DNA of 64,000 nucleotides, taken from an uncultured delta proteobacterium. GTDB taxonomy: Bacteria; Myxococcota_A; Polyangia; Polyangiales; Polyangiaceae. Shown one piece after another: positions 38,730-50,875 of the stretch. The stretch lies in contig CAWDXG010000004.1 of the NCBI GenBank assembly GCA_963806225.1, positions 4,480,001 through 4,544,000 of the forward strand. Reading direction: 5' to 3'. The translations under genes were made by a program, and so were the position numbers. The notes beneath the pieces were generated by a model, which saw only the letters and a list, made by a program, of their open reading frames with translations, searched no databases and was not told where the DNA came from. Each line of letters starts with the position of its first letter. Position 1 is the stretch's first letter.

Positions 38730-40175
38730 ATGAGCTCCACATGGGTATGGTCGCGGCGGATGATCGCGGGCGCGATCGTCGCTGTGGCTGCCGGTGGCGC
38801 CTGTGGCGGCAACAGCGCCTCGACGCCGCCGAAGACGAACACGTGCGTTCCGCACACCTGCTCGGACCTAGGCGCGACGTGCGGCTCGGCACCCGACGGC
38901 TGCACCAGCGTGGTCTATTGTGGCGAATGCGGTTCGGGCCAGACCTGCGGCGGCGGCGGCAAGAACCTGTGCGGCACCGGCACGTGTACGCCCACGACCT
39001 GCGCCGATGTGGGCGCCTCGTGCGGTTTCGTGTCGGACGGCTGCAGCAAGGCGCTCGACTGTGGCGTCTGCACGCTGCCCCAGGTGTGCGGCGCCAACGG
39101 ACACGCGAACACGTGCGGCGTGCCGACGAAGGGCGGCACGGGCGGCAGCGGCGGAACGGGCGCGACGGGAAGCGGCGGCAGTGGCAATACCGGCAACTCG
39201 GGCGGAACCGGCAACACCGGCAACTCGGGCGGAACAGGCAACACCGGCAACTCGGGCGGAACAGGCAACACCGGCAACTCGGGCGGAACAGGCAATACCG
39301 GCAACTCGGGCGGAACCGGCAATACCGGCAACTCGGGCGGAACCGGCGGCACCGGCAACTCGGGTGGAACCGGCGGCACCGGCAACTCGGGTGGAACCGG
39401 CGGCACCGGCGGGTCGAGCTCCCAGTGCGGCGGTCTCAACCAGAAGCCGTGCTCGGGCGATAGCTGCAACGCGCCCTATGCCAAGTGCGGCCCGTACTGC
39501 ACGCCGCGCTCCGCCTGCTGCACGTCGCTGTCCTCCTGCAAAGGCACACAGCATTGCGGCGCGCACGGCGAGTGGCAATGCACGGGCGACTCCGATCCCT
39601 GCGTCTCGGGGCTGGAGGCCTGCACCACGAACGCGCTCGCCGCGGGCATGTGCTGGATCAACTGCCCGGCAGGCGAGTGCGGCAGTTTCGGGGAAGCACC
39701 GTGCTCCGGCGACCACTGCAACCAGGGCTTCGCGAAATGCGGCAGCATCTGCACGTCGCGCGACAGCTGCTGCACCCGGCGTTCGCAATGCACGAACGGG
39801 CAGCACTGCGGCGGGCACGGCGAGTGGCAGTGCACGGGTGACATCAATCCCTGCGCGCTCACCCTCGAAGGTTGTACGACCAACGCCGCCGCCGCGGGCA
39901 TGTGCTGGCTCAACTGTCCGGCGGGCGAATGCGGCGGCTTCAACGAAGCGCCGTGCTCCAGTGTCGTGTGCAGCGATCCCTTCGGACGCTGCGGCACGAA
40001 GTGCGTGCCCAAGGCCGACTGCTGCACATCGCGCGCCAGTTGCCCGACGGGACAGGAATGCGGCGGGCACGGCGAGTGGCAGTGCAAGGGCGACACCAAC
40101 CTGTGCGACAGCGGCTACACGGCGTGCACGACGGGAGCACAGACGGCCGGTCTGTGCTGGATCAGCTGCGGGTAG
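38730..40175 (+). CDS. Cys-rich lipoprotein with three 84-aa repeats
   Basis: Lipobox AGGAC; Cys-rich N-domain; Gly linker; three 14-Cys repeats. Start uncertain (38694/38730/38760). Confidence 0.8.
   Translation: MSSTWVWSRRMIAGAIVAVAAGGACGGNSASTPPKTNTCVPHTCSDLGATCGSAPDGCTSVVYCGECGSGQTCGGGGKNLCGTGTCTPTTCADVGASCGFVSDGCSKALDCGVCTLPQVCGANGHANTCGVPTKGGTGGSGGTGATGSGGSGNTGNSGGTGNTGNSGGTGNTGNSGGTGNTGNSGGTGNTGNSGGTGNTGNSGGTGGTGNSGGTGGTGNSGGTGGTGGSSSQCGGLNQKPCSGDSCNAPYAKCGPYCTPRSACCTSLSSCKGTQHCGAHGEWQCTGDSDPCVSGLEACTTNALAAGMCWINCPAGECGSFGEAPCSGDHCNQGFAKCGSICTSRDSCCTRRSQCTNGQHCGGHGEWQCTGDINPCALTLEGCTTNAAAAGMCWLNCPAGECGGFNEAPCSSVVCSDPFGRCGTKCVPKADCCTSRASCPTGQECGGHGEWQCKGDTNLCDSGYTACTTGAQTAGLCWISCG
39183..39398 (+). 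repeat. 27-bp tandem repeat x8 encoding G(N/G)TGNSGGT
   Basis: Directly visible in the sequence. Confidence 0.9.
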
Positions 40176-40293
40176 CACTGGCAAAGCGCGATCCACGCTC
40201 TGCGCTCGGCACTCGCGCTTCGCAGCCATGACGCCGCGGGCAGAGAGCGCCCGCTTGTTCGATGTCCAGCCGCGTGCTTGAATCGTTCCCGCG

Positions 40294-41520
40294 ATGAACG
40301 GCGCTGCGGCCTGGTCCACGGCCCTGATCGGGGCGTTGGTGGTCGCGGCACTCGCCGCGCCGGGCTGCCGGTTCACGACCTCGCTCGACGGCTATGCCTC
40401 CGCAGGCGGAGGCGCGGGCGGCGGCAACCTCCAATGTGCGAACGGCGGCACGTGCAGAAGCGGCTGCCTCGACTGTGACGGCACGCCTGGCTGCGAGACG
40501 GATCCGACGAACGACCCGCACAACTGCGGCGGGTGCGGCTTCGACTGCGGCGCGGGCAGGTGCGATCACGCCGTATGCGTGCTGGCGGACGCGGACCGCC
40601 CGACGCAGCTCGTCGTCGACGCGACCAACGTCTACTTCGCCGAATTCGGCGAGGGGGGCGTCAGCGCCGGCGCCGTGATGTCCGTGCCGATCGTACCCAC
40701 TGCCAGCGCGGCGGCGACACAGATTGCGGGCAACCAGTCCGAACCGGTCGCATTGGCGGAGGCCGTGACGGCTCTGTTCTGGGCGAACTTCACCAGCGGC
40801 GGCAACATCCTGACGAGCCAGAAGACCGACCAGGGCACGAGCGGCGTACAGGTCGCGGGCGCGAACAGCCCGCGCGGAGTCGCGTGCGACGACAGCAAGG
40901 TGTACTGGACCAACTCCGGAAACGGCACGATCGGCGCTCGCACGCAGGATCTGGGTACTTCGCCCGCACAGCTGGTCGCTTCCGATGGCCCCAGCAACAC
41001 GCCTTGGGGAATCGCCGCGGACTTCGCCGCCGTCTACTGGACCGACAAGACCGGCGGGCGCGTGAGGAAATACGACAAGACCACCAAAGTCGTGTCGACC
41101 CTGGCGACGGGCCAGCAGAACCCGGTCGCCATCGCGGTCGAGGGCAGCAGCCTGTACTGGGCCGACGCGGGGGACTGCGCCGGCGCCAACGGTTCCATCT
41201 GGAAGATGCCGGCCAACTCCGATCCCGCCACTCCTGCTACGCAGATCGCCCAGAGCCAGGCCTGTCCTTCGGCGATCACGGCGGACGCGGACGGTGTCTA
41301 CTGGACCGACTACGGCACGACCCAGAACAACAACTACCAGTCGAACGGCGGAGTGTACGCAGCCCTGGCGGGCGACCCACCCCAGCCGGTGGCCGGCGCG
41401 AACCGCCCCCAGGGCGTCGCGACGGATTCGACCGGCATCTACTGGACCGAGCAGGGGTCGAATCCGGCTGTGCCGGGCAGCGGCTCCGTGCGGAAAGCCA
41501 GCCGGGCGATTCTCCACTAG
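40294..41520 (+). CDS. Lipoprotein with Cys-rich module and YWTD-like beta-propeller
   Basis: Lipobox APGC; DPHNCGGCG; repeated VYWT/LYWA blades. Confidence 0.82.
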   Translation: MNGAAAWSTALIGALVVAALAAPGCRFTTSLDGYASAGGGAGGGNLQCANGGTCRSGCLDCDGTPGCETDPTNDPHNCGGCGFDCGAGRCDHAVCVLADADRPTQLVVDATNVYFAEFGEGGVSAGAVMSVPIVPTASAAATQIAGNQSEPVALAEAVTALFWANFTSGGNILTSQKTDQGTSGVQVAGANSPRGVACDDSKVYWTNSGNGTIGARTQDLGTSPAQLVASDGPSNTPWGIAADFAAVYWTDKTGGRVRKYDKTTKVVSTLATGQQNPVAIAVEGSSLYWADAGDCAGANGSIWKMPANSDPATPATQIAQSQACPSAITADADGVYWTDYGTTQNNNYQSNGGVYAALAGDPPQPVAGANRPQGVATDSTGIYWTEQGSNPAVPGSGSVRKASRAILH

Positions 41521-41534
41521 CCCCGGCTCGGGGC

Positions 41535-42395
41535 CTAGAAACGGCCGCAGAGGCTGGTCACCGCGCCGCCATGCACCGGCTCCACGTCGAGGCGCGGCAA
41601 CCGCCCCTGCTCCGCGTCGCGCTGCGCGGAGCCCTGGTGCGAGAAGTACAGGTAGGCGGCGACGCCGAGCGACGCGACCCCGATCCCGAGCGGGATGAAC
41701 GACAGGGTCCGTGTGCGGGACGCAGCGTCGACGCTGCTCTGGGCACAATGGCCCTTGCACTTGTCGAGCTCACCGACCTGGTGGTCGAACTTCACGGCCA
41801 TGTAGGTGAATCCGCCCAGACCGACGAGCCCCACTCCGCCCAGCACGTAGACGGCCAGCGGCGTGCCGCTCGAGACGTGCGGCTGTTCCGGAGGCGCTTT
41901 CCTGCCGATGGGAAACGTCACGTGCAGGTGGCGATTCTGCTCCGCCTCGTGGATCACCATGCGGCGCGAGATCGGGCTCGTCCCATCCGTTTCGAATGTG
42001 AACGTGTGCACACCGGGGTCGACCGGCATTGCGTGCCCGTCGATGCGCTCGACGAACGACCGGCCGTCGAGCGTGACACGCACATCGACCAGGTCGCGTC
42101 CCCTGGCGTCACTGGCCTCGACGACGACGGTCGGGATGGCCTTCGCGGCCTCGACGCTCCACTGGACGCAGTCCTTGCGGAGCACCGTCGGGCAGGCGTC
42201 GCGGGCACACACCAGAAACTGCTTGTTCGCCTCGACCAGACGATGCTTGTTGCGCAGGCGCTGCCCCTGCACGTAGGCCTGCGAGCAGAGCTGCTTCTCG
42301 GAACGGTCACCGGCCCGCGCCGGAAGCCCCGTGCACATCAGCGCAAACGCCAACAGTCCGGCACCCGCTCCGCGCCGGAGCGCCGGGGAGCTCAT
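41535..42395 (-). CDS. PEGA-like domain exported protein
   Basis: Signal peptide; Cys-bridged helical N-domain; VRVTLDG...VDPGVH; C-terminal hydrophobic segments ending GRF. Confidence 0.75.
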   Translation of the reverse strand: MSSPALRRGAGAGLLAFALMCTGLPARAGDRSEKQLCSQAYVQGQRLRNKHRLVEANKQFLVCARDACPTVLRKDCVQWSVEAAKAIPTVVVEASDARGRDLVDVRVTLDGRSFVERIDGHAMPVDPGVHTFTFETDGTSPISRRMVIHEAEQNRHLHVTFPIGRKAPPEQPHVSSGTPLAVYVLGGVGLVGLGGFTYMAVKFDHQVGELDKCKGHCAQSSVDAASRTRTLSFIPLGIGVASLGVAAYLYFSHQGSAQRDAEQGRLPRLDVEPVHGGAVTSLCGRF

Positions 42396-42408
42396 GCGCG
42401 GTGCAGCG

Positions 42409-43963
42409 TCACAGGCACTCTGGCTTGGGGATCCTGATGCCGTGCGGATCGAGCGTGTAGGGAGGGGAGCAGTCACGGGAAGGTCTGGCGTGCTTGGGCG
42501 ACCGGTAGTGGCGGTAGTGATGGACGTGTCGAGCCGGGGGAGGCGCCGAAGTCGAGGCGGCCGGGGCGGGGCTCGCCGAGACCGTGGGCGCCGTCGTCCG
42601 CGCCGATGGCGTCAGCGAGGGAGCTACCGATGGCTGCGCGGTTGCAGCGAGCACACCGACGGATGATACAGGGGCCGGGGACCGAGCGGGCGACGAACGC
42701 AACAGCCAGACAAGCCCGACGACCGCCACCACCCCCAGAAGCGCCATTACCGCGATATTCCGGGCGCGCCCGCCCCCGCGCAGACGCGGCAGAATCGACT
42801 GCGCCGTAGACAGGCTGGTCAGCGATCGCTCGGACAACTCGCCGGATCCGGGTCGCGCAGGAGCCGCCGGCGCGAGCGACGCCCGATCGACCTCGGGACG
42901 GGTCGGTGGCAGCGCGCCCTCGGCAGGCGGCGGCGCTATCGAGGGTGTGGAGGGCTGTCCGGAAACGACGCCCGGGTGCACTTCCGAGATGCTCTCGATC
43001 TCGGCGAGGCGCTCGCCGCGCCGTTTGAGGCTCTCGCCGGCGAACTGTTCGACCCAGGCTGCCACTTCGCGAGGCGAGCTGGGCGCGACGACCTCTTCCA
43101 GAGCCGACGCCATCTCGCGTGCGGTAGCGTAGCGCTGCTCCGGGTCCGCTGTGAGGCCGCGCATCACAACGCGGTCGAGCCCGGCGGGAAGCGACGGCCT
43201 ATGCCGGCTCGGCGGCTCGGTCGCGCCCGCCAACACCAGTCCGAACAACGCTGCCTGGTTGTCGGCGTCGAACAGAACGTCTGCCCGTGAGCGCTTCCCA
43301 CAGCACGACGCTGGCGGCGTAGATATCGGTGCGCCGGTCGACTGCTTCACCGCGCAGCTGTTCCGGCGCCATGTAGGCCAGCTTGCCCTTGAGCTGGCCG
43401 TCGCGCGTCGTCTGCAGACGCCCGGCGGCTTTCGCCACACCGAAGTCGAGAACGCGCGCCACTCCATCTGCGCCGACGATCACGTTCTGTGGCGAGACGT
43501 CGCGGTGGACGATGCCCAGCGGCTCGCCGCGTTGGCTCAGTGCCTCGTGCGCCGCGTGCAGACCGTCGAGCACACCCGCCACGATGTTGGTCACGATGGG
43601 CACGGGGACCAGCTCGCCCGTCGCGCGCGCGGCGCGCAGGAGCCGCGACAGGGATTCGCCCTGGATGAACTCCATGACGAGGAACAGCTCGCCCTGCAGC
43701 GCGACCACATCGAGCATGGGCACGACGTTCGGATGCTGGATGCGGCCTGCGACCCGGGCCTCGTCGATGAACATCGAGACGAAGTCCGGCTCCTTGGCGA
43801 ACTGCGCGTGCAGGCACTTGATGGCGACCGTTCTCGAGAAGCCCACCTGCCCCTGCATCCTGCCGAAATGCACGGTGGCCATGCCGCCGGACGCAATCTC
43901 CTCGTACAGCACGTAGCGCCCAATGACGCGCTGCCCCTGCGGCATGTGCTCGGTGACAGCCAT
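42409..43963 (-). CDS. Membrane Ser/Thr protein kinase (Pkn2 type), apparent +1 indel at ~43276
   Basis: IASGGMATV, VAIK, HRDVSPQN, DFG, YMAPE. The frame switches at TGRR/LFDADNQ; then TM and Pro-rich C-terminus. Confidence 0.88.
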
Positions 43964-44082
43964 CCGGAGCATCCAGGCTAGCGCGATCGCCGGAGCTGCA
44001 CACCTGCACGAGGTCGATTCCGGCCGTCGGGCCGCTCCCGGGGCGGCGATGGCGGCGGGCGCGAGAGGCGCTGCGCGGTCGC

Positions 44083-47000
44083 CTACTCGAACTCGAGCCG
44101 CCAGCGGATGTCGGCGCCCAGGTTGCCGAGCGACGAGCTGGAGATGTCGTTGACGTTGTCGTAGGAGCCCTCGACGCTGACGCGGGGGCTCAGCCGCCAC
44201 TCCACGTTGGAGCGGACCTCGCGCGAGTCGGAAAGCCCGCTCGTGACATTGGCGCGGATGCGGTGGGCCAGGCGCTTGCCGATCGTGACCGTCGGTTCGG
44301 TGCGGCCCGTGCGTGACGAGTAGGCGCTGCCGAAGCGGAACTCGTCGATGACCGGCAGCGCCTCGGTCACCGCCTTGTCCGCCCCCGACAGCGTACCGAG
44401 CGCTTCGAGCGCCACACTCTCGCCCACGCTGGCCGACTGCGCCTGGTCGAGCTCGGCGCGGGTCAGTCCCACGGTGAGCAGCAGGAAGATGTCGTCCTGC
44501 GCCAGCTGCGGTTCGCTGGTGAGGTCGATACGCAGCTTGTCGGCGTCACCGTAGGCGTGCATCTTGATGTGCCACTGGCCGCCCCGCGCGCTCGTCTCCG
44601 TTCCGGAGCCGGCGGCGGCAGCGGTGGCGGCAGCGCCGCCCTGGGCGCCGGTCGCCGACTCGGAATAGCGGTGGTAGTCGGTCACCGCGGTCACGTCGAC
44701 CTGCGGCGCGATGCGGGTCAGGTCGTCGAAGCGTACGAAGCCCTGGCGGATCTCGAACTCGTTGCGGCGCAGCCGGATGCGTCCGCCCGGTTTCAGCCGC
44801 AACGTGCCCCGCATTCCGACGCGCTGGTTGGTCCCGGCGAGCACCAGCCCGTCCTTGTCGATGGAAAGCTCGGCGTCGACCAGGTTGTTCTCGATCTTCA
44901 GCGGCCGCGGAGCCAGGAGCGTGATGTCGTAATCCACCGTGTCGTCGGCGGGGTCGTACGAATCGAACTTGGTGCGCTTGCCGCGCTGGGCGAGACGGCT
45001 GATGTCCGCCGTCATGGTGATGGGGCGCGAGTACTTGAAGGAGCGCAGCGTGACCTGTCCTGTGACGTGAGGCAGCGAGCGGTGTTCCTCCCCCTCCGCG
45101 GTGTCGGTAGGTGGTCGCCAGTTCGCGACAAGGTCGGCGTCGACCGTGGCGGCAATCCCGCTCTCGAGCGGCAGGTGGATGCGCCGGGCCGTGATCACGC
45201 CGCGCGCCGCGCCGAGCTTGAAGCCGCGCAGCGGCGCGCTGCCGCTGAGCCGCAAGGTGCCGTCGCCGATGCGTGCCTGACCGCGCGTGATCCGGAGCTC
45301 GTCGTTGTCGAGCGCCACCGCGAGCTGGATCCCGGAAACGGGGCTCGGCAATCCGCGTACCGAGACCTCGCCGTTGTCGAGCGAGAAGCCGCCCTGATAG
45401 CGGAGGGCGGACGGCGGGCCCGTCACACGGAGCTTGCCCTGGATGGTGCCGCTCGCGCGTTCCGCGCGCGGGATCAGGCTGACGAAGCCCGAGAGGTCCG
45501 CGGGTCGCAACGCCAGTGTGGCGTCGACGTTGGGCTTCTTGCCGAGGCCGCTGACCCCGCCGTGCAGGTCGAACACGCCGCGCTGTCCGCGGGGCGTATC
45601 GACGGCCAGCGCCAGTCCCGGCATCTGGACTCGCCCGCCCTCGATCTGGATAGGGCGCGCGCCCGGCTGCAGGTCGACCTTGAAGCCGCTCTGCGACAGC
45701 CACATGGAGCTCAAGCGGACGGTGGCGCGCGTCTCGGCGCTGTCGTCGAGCGGCATGTCGTCGATATGCAGCTTGCCGCTGAGTCGCCCCTTCGGCTTCG
45801 TGTCCGAAAGCGCAACGGCCGGCGAGAGCTCGGCGAGCGCGCCTACGTCGAGCTTGTTGAAGGTCACGTCCCCGCGCATCGTCTTCTTGCGCTGCCGGGT
45901 CGCGGTGACGTCGTTGAACACCACCTGACCGCCGAACAGGTCGCCGTCCACGTGGTAGACGCCGTCGGCCTTGTCCTGGTTCCACGCCGTGCGGTCGAAG
46001 GGAGCCGTGATCGGCTGTCCGCACTTGGAGTGGCCGATGATCTGGCGCTTCGGCGGCTTCGGTTCCAGGCGCACATCGAGCTCGGAAGCCGGCAGGTGCG
46101 CGCTGCCGATGCGCACCGGCGAGATCCGCACGTGCGCGTCGGCGCTCAGCGCGTCGACGGTGCCTCCGAGCTCGGCTACTGCGCTCGCATGGCCGTCGAG
46201 CGCAAGCCCCAGGCTGCCGAGCGAGTCGATGCGCGACAGCGGCAACCCGCTGCCGATCATGTGCCCGCGCACGATGCCGCCACGGTGGATGCTGAATGCA
46301 CCGAGCATCGTGCCGGTGCCCTTGGTCAGCGTCATGCTCGGCACGTCCATGTCGAGCCCGAGGTAGCCCGCCTTCGCGTCGGGCCAGCGGAAGTCGAAAT
46401 CGACCTTGCCCGAGTCGTAGCGCTCGTCGAATAGATCCAGCCTGTTGAAGTTGGCGTTGCCCGCCACGGTGAGGTTGCCGCCGCCGCAGGGGTCGTCCGG
46501 CCCGTGGAGCACGTAGTGTATGCGCGCCTCGAGCTTGCCCTGGCCCTTGATGTCCTTGAAGCGCGGATCGTCCTCGAACAGCCACATGGCCATGAAGTCG
46601 CGGATGTCCAGGCGCGAGCTCGAGACGTTCGCGTCGGCGACGAGCCCGTTTCGGGTATCGAAGTTCAAGCGTGCGCTCGACACGTAGAACGGGCTCTGTC
46701 CCGTTTGACCGTGCGCTTCGAGGAAGTCCACCTTGAGCGGCCGGAAGCGGATCTTGGCGCTGTCGATGTTCCCGATCGGGAAGCCGCCGAAGACGAGCCC
46801 CTTGACGGCGAGGTGGCCGGTGAGCAGCGGATTGCCCGACTGCCCCGCGAGCTTGGCGTCGATCTTCGCCTTGCCCGACATCTTGATGTTGATGAGCGGG
46901 CTCACGTCGGCAAGGTCGAGCCTCGAGCTCTTGTCGACGGTGATCAGCATCTCGTTGTGGAAGCCGATGGAGACGATCGGGGAGATCGATCAAGCTGTGC

Positions 47001-48568
47001 CCGAACGTGACGTGCGCGTCGTAGATCTCGAATGCGTTCGGCCGGAGGCCGACGCGCGCGTGCACCGTGGCTGCCGGAACGCCAATCATGTGGCGGCGCG
47101 CCGGGTCGCGGTAGGAGCGGTCGAAGACCTCGAAGTCGCGCGTGTGGCTCACCAGGTCGCCGTCGATATGCATCGGCCAGAAGGTGCCGCGGATATGCTG
47201 GAGGATGCTCTTCTTCAGATGCCACTGCACGATGGTATTGGGCGTGACCTTGAAGTCGCGCATCATCGATTCGAACTTCAGGTTCTCGCTCACCGCCCTG
47301 GGCGCCGTGATGGGGATGCCCTTGGCGAACGGTTTGACGAGGCCGTCGAAGAGCGTGACCTGGCCGTCGCCGAAGCCCATGTCGAACCGGGGTATCCGCA
47401 CCTCGTCGTTGTCGATGTCGAGTGAAACCGCCAGCGTGTGAGCGAGCACGTAGCCCGCCATGGAAATGCCGCCTCCGCGAAGCTTCCCGTGGAATTCAGG
47501 AAGCCGCGTGCGGCCGTCGTAGCGGATGTCGCCGACGAGTCCCGCCCAGCCTCTGAGCGTGCCGGTGTGCACGAAGCGGTTCACGATCGCGGTTGGACCC
47601 CGCACCATCACGTGACCGTCGACCAGCGGCGGCTTGTTGGCGCGGCGCACGACGCGCACTTCGGACAACCGGGCGGCGACGCGCCATTGATCGGTATCGT
47701 CGCCGTTGTCCGCCGGGTGGCACGCGGGTCGGGTGCCGGGCGCCGGGTCGTGGTCGGCTTCGCCGAGCAGGGAGAAGCGCCGTACCAGCAGGCTGCCCGG
47801 CTCGAAGTGCGCGCGCAGGTCCAGGCCGCACAGCACGTCCTCGTCCACTGCGGGGGCTGGCTTCCAGCGTCGCCCCTTCTTGTCGATCTGGAGGTCGGGC
47901 TTGTCGTAGCCCTTTTCCGCCTTGACCAGCATCGTGCGATGGCGCGTGACGGCGCTGTGGTCGGAACGGACTCTGACCTCGAAGCTCGGACCGCGGTCGG
48001 CGAACACGTCGACGTCCATCGGGCCGGCGTTGATTTTCATCTTCGCGACGTCCAGCTCGACCTCGGCGTCCGTGACCGAAAGCGACGAGAAGGGAGCGCG
48101 CTTCAGCTTGGGCGCAGGCCCCTTGCGTTTGGGCAGCCGGTAGCTGACGTTGACGATCTTGCCGTCGCGCAGGACGATGCGCCCCTTCGGCTGGTCGATC
48201 TCGATGTCGCCCACATCGAGCTTTCCGGCGAGCAGCGAGAACACCCGCGGCGTGACGGCGACGCGCTTGGCCTGCAGAGCCGGCGCGCCACCGTCGTTTG
48301 AAGGGACGACGAGGTCGTGGACCGAGACCTGGAGCGGCCAGAGCTTCATCTCCACGCGGTAGCTGGCCGTGACGCCGAGCTGTTCCTTGAGAACCCGCGC
48401 TGTTTCCGACGCCGCCCAACGCTGGATAGGCTGCGAGCGCACCAGCATCCCGCCGAGCAGCGGCAGCCCGCCGACGAGCCCGAACACCGCGCACAGCAAC
48501 TGCGCGAGGATGCGGCCGGGGTCCCAGCGGCGATGGGACACCCGCTTCTGGGGGCGGCGGGGCATCAC
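44083..48568 (-). CDS. tamB: Translocation/assembly module TamB-like (AsmA/DUF490) protein, apparent +1 indel at ~46980
   Basis: N-terminal anchor; long beta-rich body; C-terminal TIGKRL...LGADIRWRLEFE; two ORFs join at a G4 run. Confidence 0.8.
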
Positions 48569-48757
48569 TCCAGATTAGACGACAACGGGGGGCGATCGCT
48601 TTCCGGTTCCGGCCTACTGGCCAGGAGCGCAGTGCTTTCGCCCCCCTAGGTTACCCCGCGGGTCCCCCGAAGGCCCATTTCCGGCCCTCCGACCTGCGTG
48701 CGGGGCAGATCGATCGCGGGCGGCGTCCGTACCAGACCGGAGACCAGGAGGATGAAA

Positions 48758-50312
48758 ATGCGCGGTTTCCGGGCGACGGGTTGGCTTGTGTCGGGGTTGG
48801 TGCTGCTGACGGCGGCAAGCGCACTCGGGCGCGGCCACAAGAAGGACGACAGGGACAAGCACAAGTTCGATTTCGCTCCAGCGCCGAAGGTCATGCGCAT
48901 GCCGATGCCGAGCGCGCGCATGGGCGCCACACCCGGCGGAGCGCAGGACATCGACTACGCTCGCGACCGGATCCACGCCGGCGAGGTGCCCCACGCCAAG
49001 ACGTTCACCGCCGAGGGCCTCCTGAGCCAGCACGATCTGCCGCTGCAGGCGACGCGCACGTGCAAGCAGATCATCTGTCTGACCGCGGCGGCCACGCGAG
49101 CCGATCTCGATCGCCCAGCCCAACGTGCGCTATCTCGCCCAGCTCGGCTTCGCCTCGAATCTCGACCCGAAGACCTGGCATCGCAGGCCGCTGAACCTGG
49201 TGGCGGTCATCGACAAGAGCGGCAGTATGAGCGGCACGCCGCTCGAGACGGTGAAGGCCAGCCTGCGTCAGGTCGCGAAGCAGATGACGCCGCGCGACCA
49301 GATCTCCATCGTGCTGTACGGCGATAGGAGCTACGTGCATCTCCAGCCGACGCGGCTTTCGGCGAAGTCGCGCGTGCTGCGCGCTATCGACGCGATACAG
49401 AGTGCGGGCAGCACCGCGATGGAGGACGGGCTGCGCGTCGGCTACGGGCTCGCCATGAACACCGCGCCGCACTTCGCCGGCACGACGCGGGTCATGCTGT
49501 TCACGGACGAGCGGCCCAACGTCGGTGCGACCGACAAGCAGAGCTTCATGGGCATGGCCCGCGCGGCGTCGAAGCGCGGCGTCGGCCTGACTACGATCGG
49601 CGTCGGAGAGCAGTTCGGAGCGGAGCTGGCCACGGCCATCAGCAACGTCCGCGGCGGCAACCTCTTCTTCTTCCCGAACGTGGGCAAGATGAAGGATCGG
49701 TTCGCGCGCGACTTCGACACTATGGTGACCGAGCTGGCGCACAACATGAAGCTCGTGATCAAGCCGAACGCCGGCTACAAGCTGGTCGGCCTGTACGGAC
49801 TACCGGGCGATCTGGTCCACCGCACCAAGGATGGCGGCCTGTCCATGAAGCTCGAGACGGTGTTTCTGAGCAAGGACAAGGGCGGCATCTACTTCGCATT
49901 TGCGCCGGCGGGCGCCGGCGCACTGCCGCCGAAACCCGGCCCGGTCGCGAGCGCGCGGATCGCCTACGTGGACACGCAGCAGCACCGGCAGAGCGACGCG
50001 CTGTCGTTCCCGTTCGTGCAGGGCAAGCTCCCGCTGGGGCTATCGCGCGGGCGCCTGCTGGTCGACGAGATCACGACGCTCAAGCGCGCGTCCGTCCTGC
50101 ATCGCGAGCAGAACAAGACCGAGCAGGCCTACCGCCTGGTGCGCGCCCTGCACAAGCGGCTCGCCGAGTCGGGAGACCTGGACCTGCGGAAGGAAGTGAA
50201 GCTCGTGTCCGAGCTCGACGCCACGCTCACGCGCCTGAGCGGCCACAAGGGCGAGGCGCTGCCGGTCACTCCCGTGCAGCGCGATCTCGTGAGCGGCCTG
50301 CCCGGGCGCTAG
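48758..50312 (+). CDS. Secreted vWA-domain protein (YfbK-like), apparent +1 indel at ~49109
   Basis: AGGAGG RBS; signal peptide; DKSGSM MIDAS; GSTAM; LFTDE; frames join at GATCTCGATC. Confidence 0.82.
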
Positions 50313-50449
50313 GGCGGGGTCCAGGGCGTCATCTCCGCTTACTTGCCGCGCATGACATCTGTCAGGTGTGACGGTTGCGCCTGAACCGCCCGCCGCCAGT
50401 CTGGCTCATACCTGGCGAGACCGGCAGAGGCCGGACAGAGAGGTCACTC

Positions 50450-50875
50450 ATGGATATCCGTATCGGGTTCAGCGGGGGCAAGCGCGTCGATGCGCATTTC
50501 GACGGTCGCGTCGTCCAGACCGACCAGAGCCCCGAGGGCGGCGGCGACGGCAGCGCGCCCGAGCCCTTCCAGCTGTTCCTGGCGTCGCTGGCCACCTGCG
50601 CCGGGATCTACGTGCTCGGCTTCTGCCAGGCGCGGGGCATCCCCACCGACGGCATCGAGATGGTCCAGCACCACGACTTCGACATGGAGGCCGGTCGGCT
50701 CGCGGGCGTCCGCATCGAGATCACCGTGCCCGACAACTTCCCGCCGAAGTACGTGCCGGCGCTCGAGCGCGTGGCAGCGAAGTGCGCCGTCAAGCGGGTG
50801 ATGGAGAACCCGCCGCAGTTCCAGATCACGGCCACGACGCAGAGCGGTGTCGCCGCGCGGACCGCCACGGCCTAG
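50450..50875 (+). CDS. OsmC-family protein
   Basis: TDQSPEGGGDGSAPEPFQLFLASLATC ... KCAVK two-Cys pattern. Confidence 0.9.
   Translation: MDIRIGFSGGKRVDAHFDGRVVQTDQSPEGGGDGSAPEPFQLFLASLATCAGIYVLGFCQARGIPTDGIEMVQHHDFDMEAGRLAGVRIEITVPDNFPPKYVPALERVAAKCAVKRVMENPPQFQITATTQSGVAARTATA

Noticed and set aside
38730..40175. Cys-rich proteins as multiheme cytochromes or RiPP precursors
   Set aside because: No CxxCH motifs and no adjacent modifying enzymes; the pattern fits disulfide-rich exported domains.
48587..48646. GGGGGGCGA...TCGCCCCCC inverted repeat between tamB and the vWA gene as a structured RNA
   Set aside because: No recognisable riboswitch or ncRNA motif, and short GC stems arise easily by chance here.
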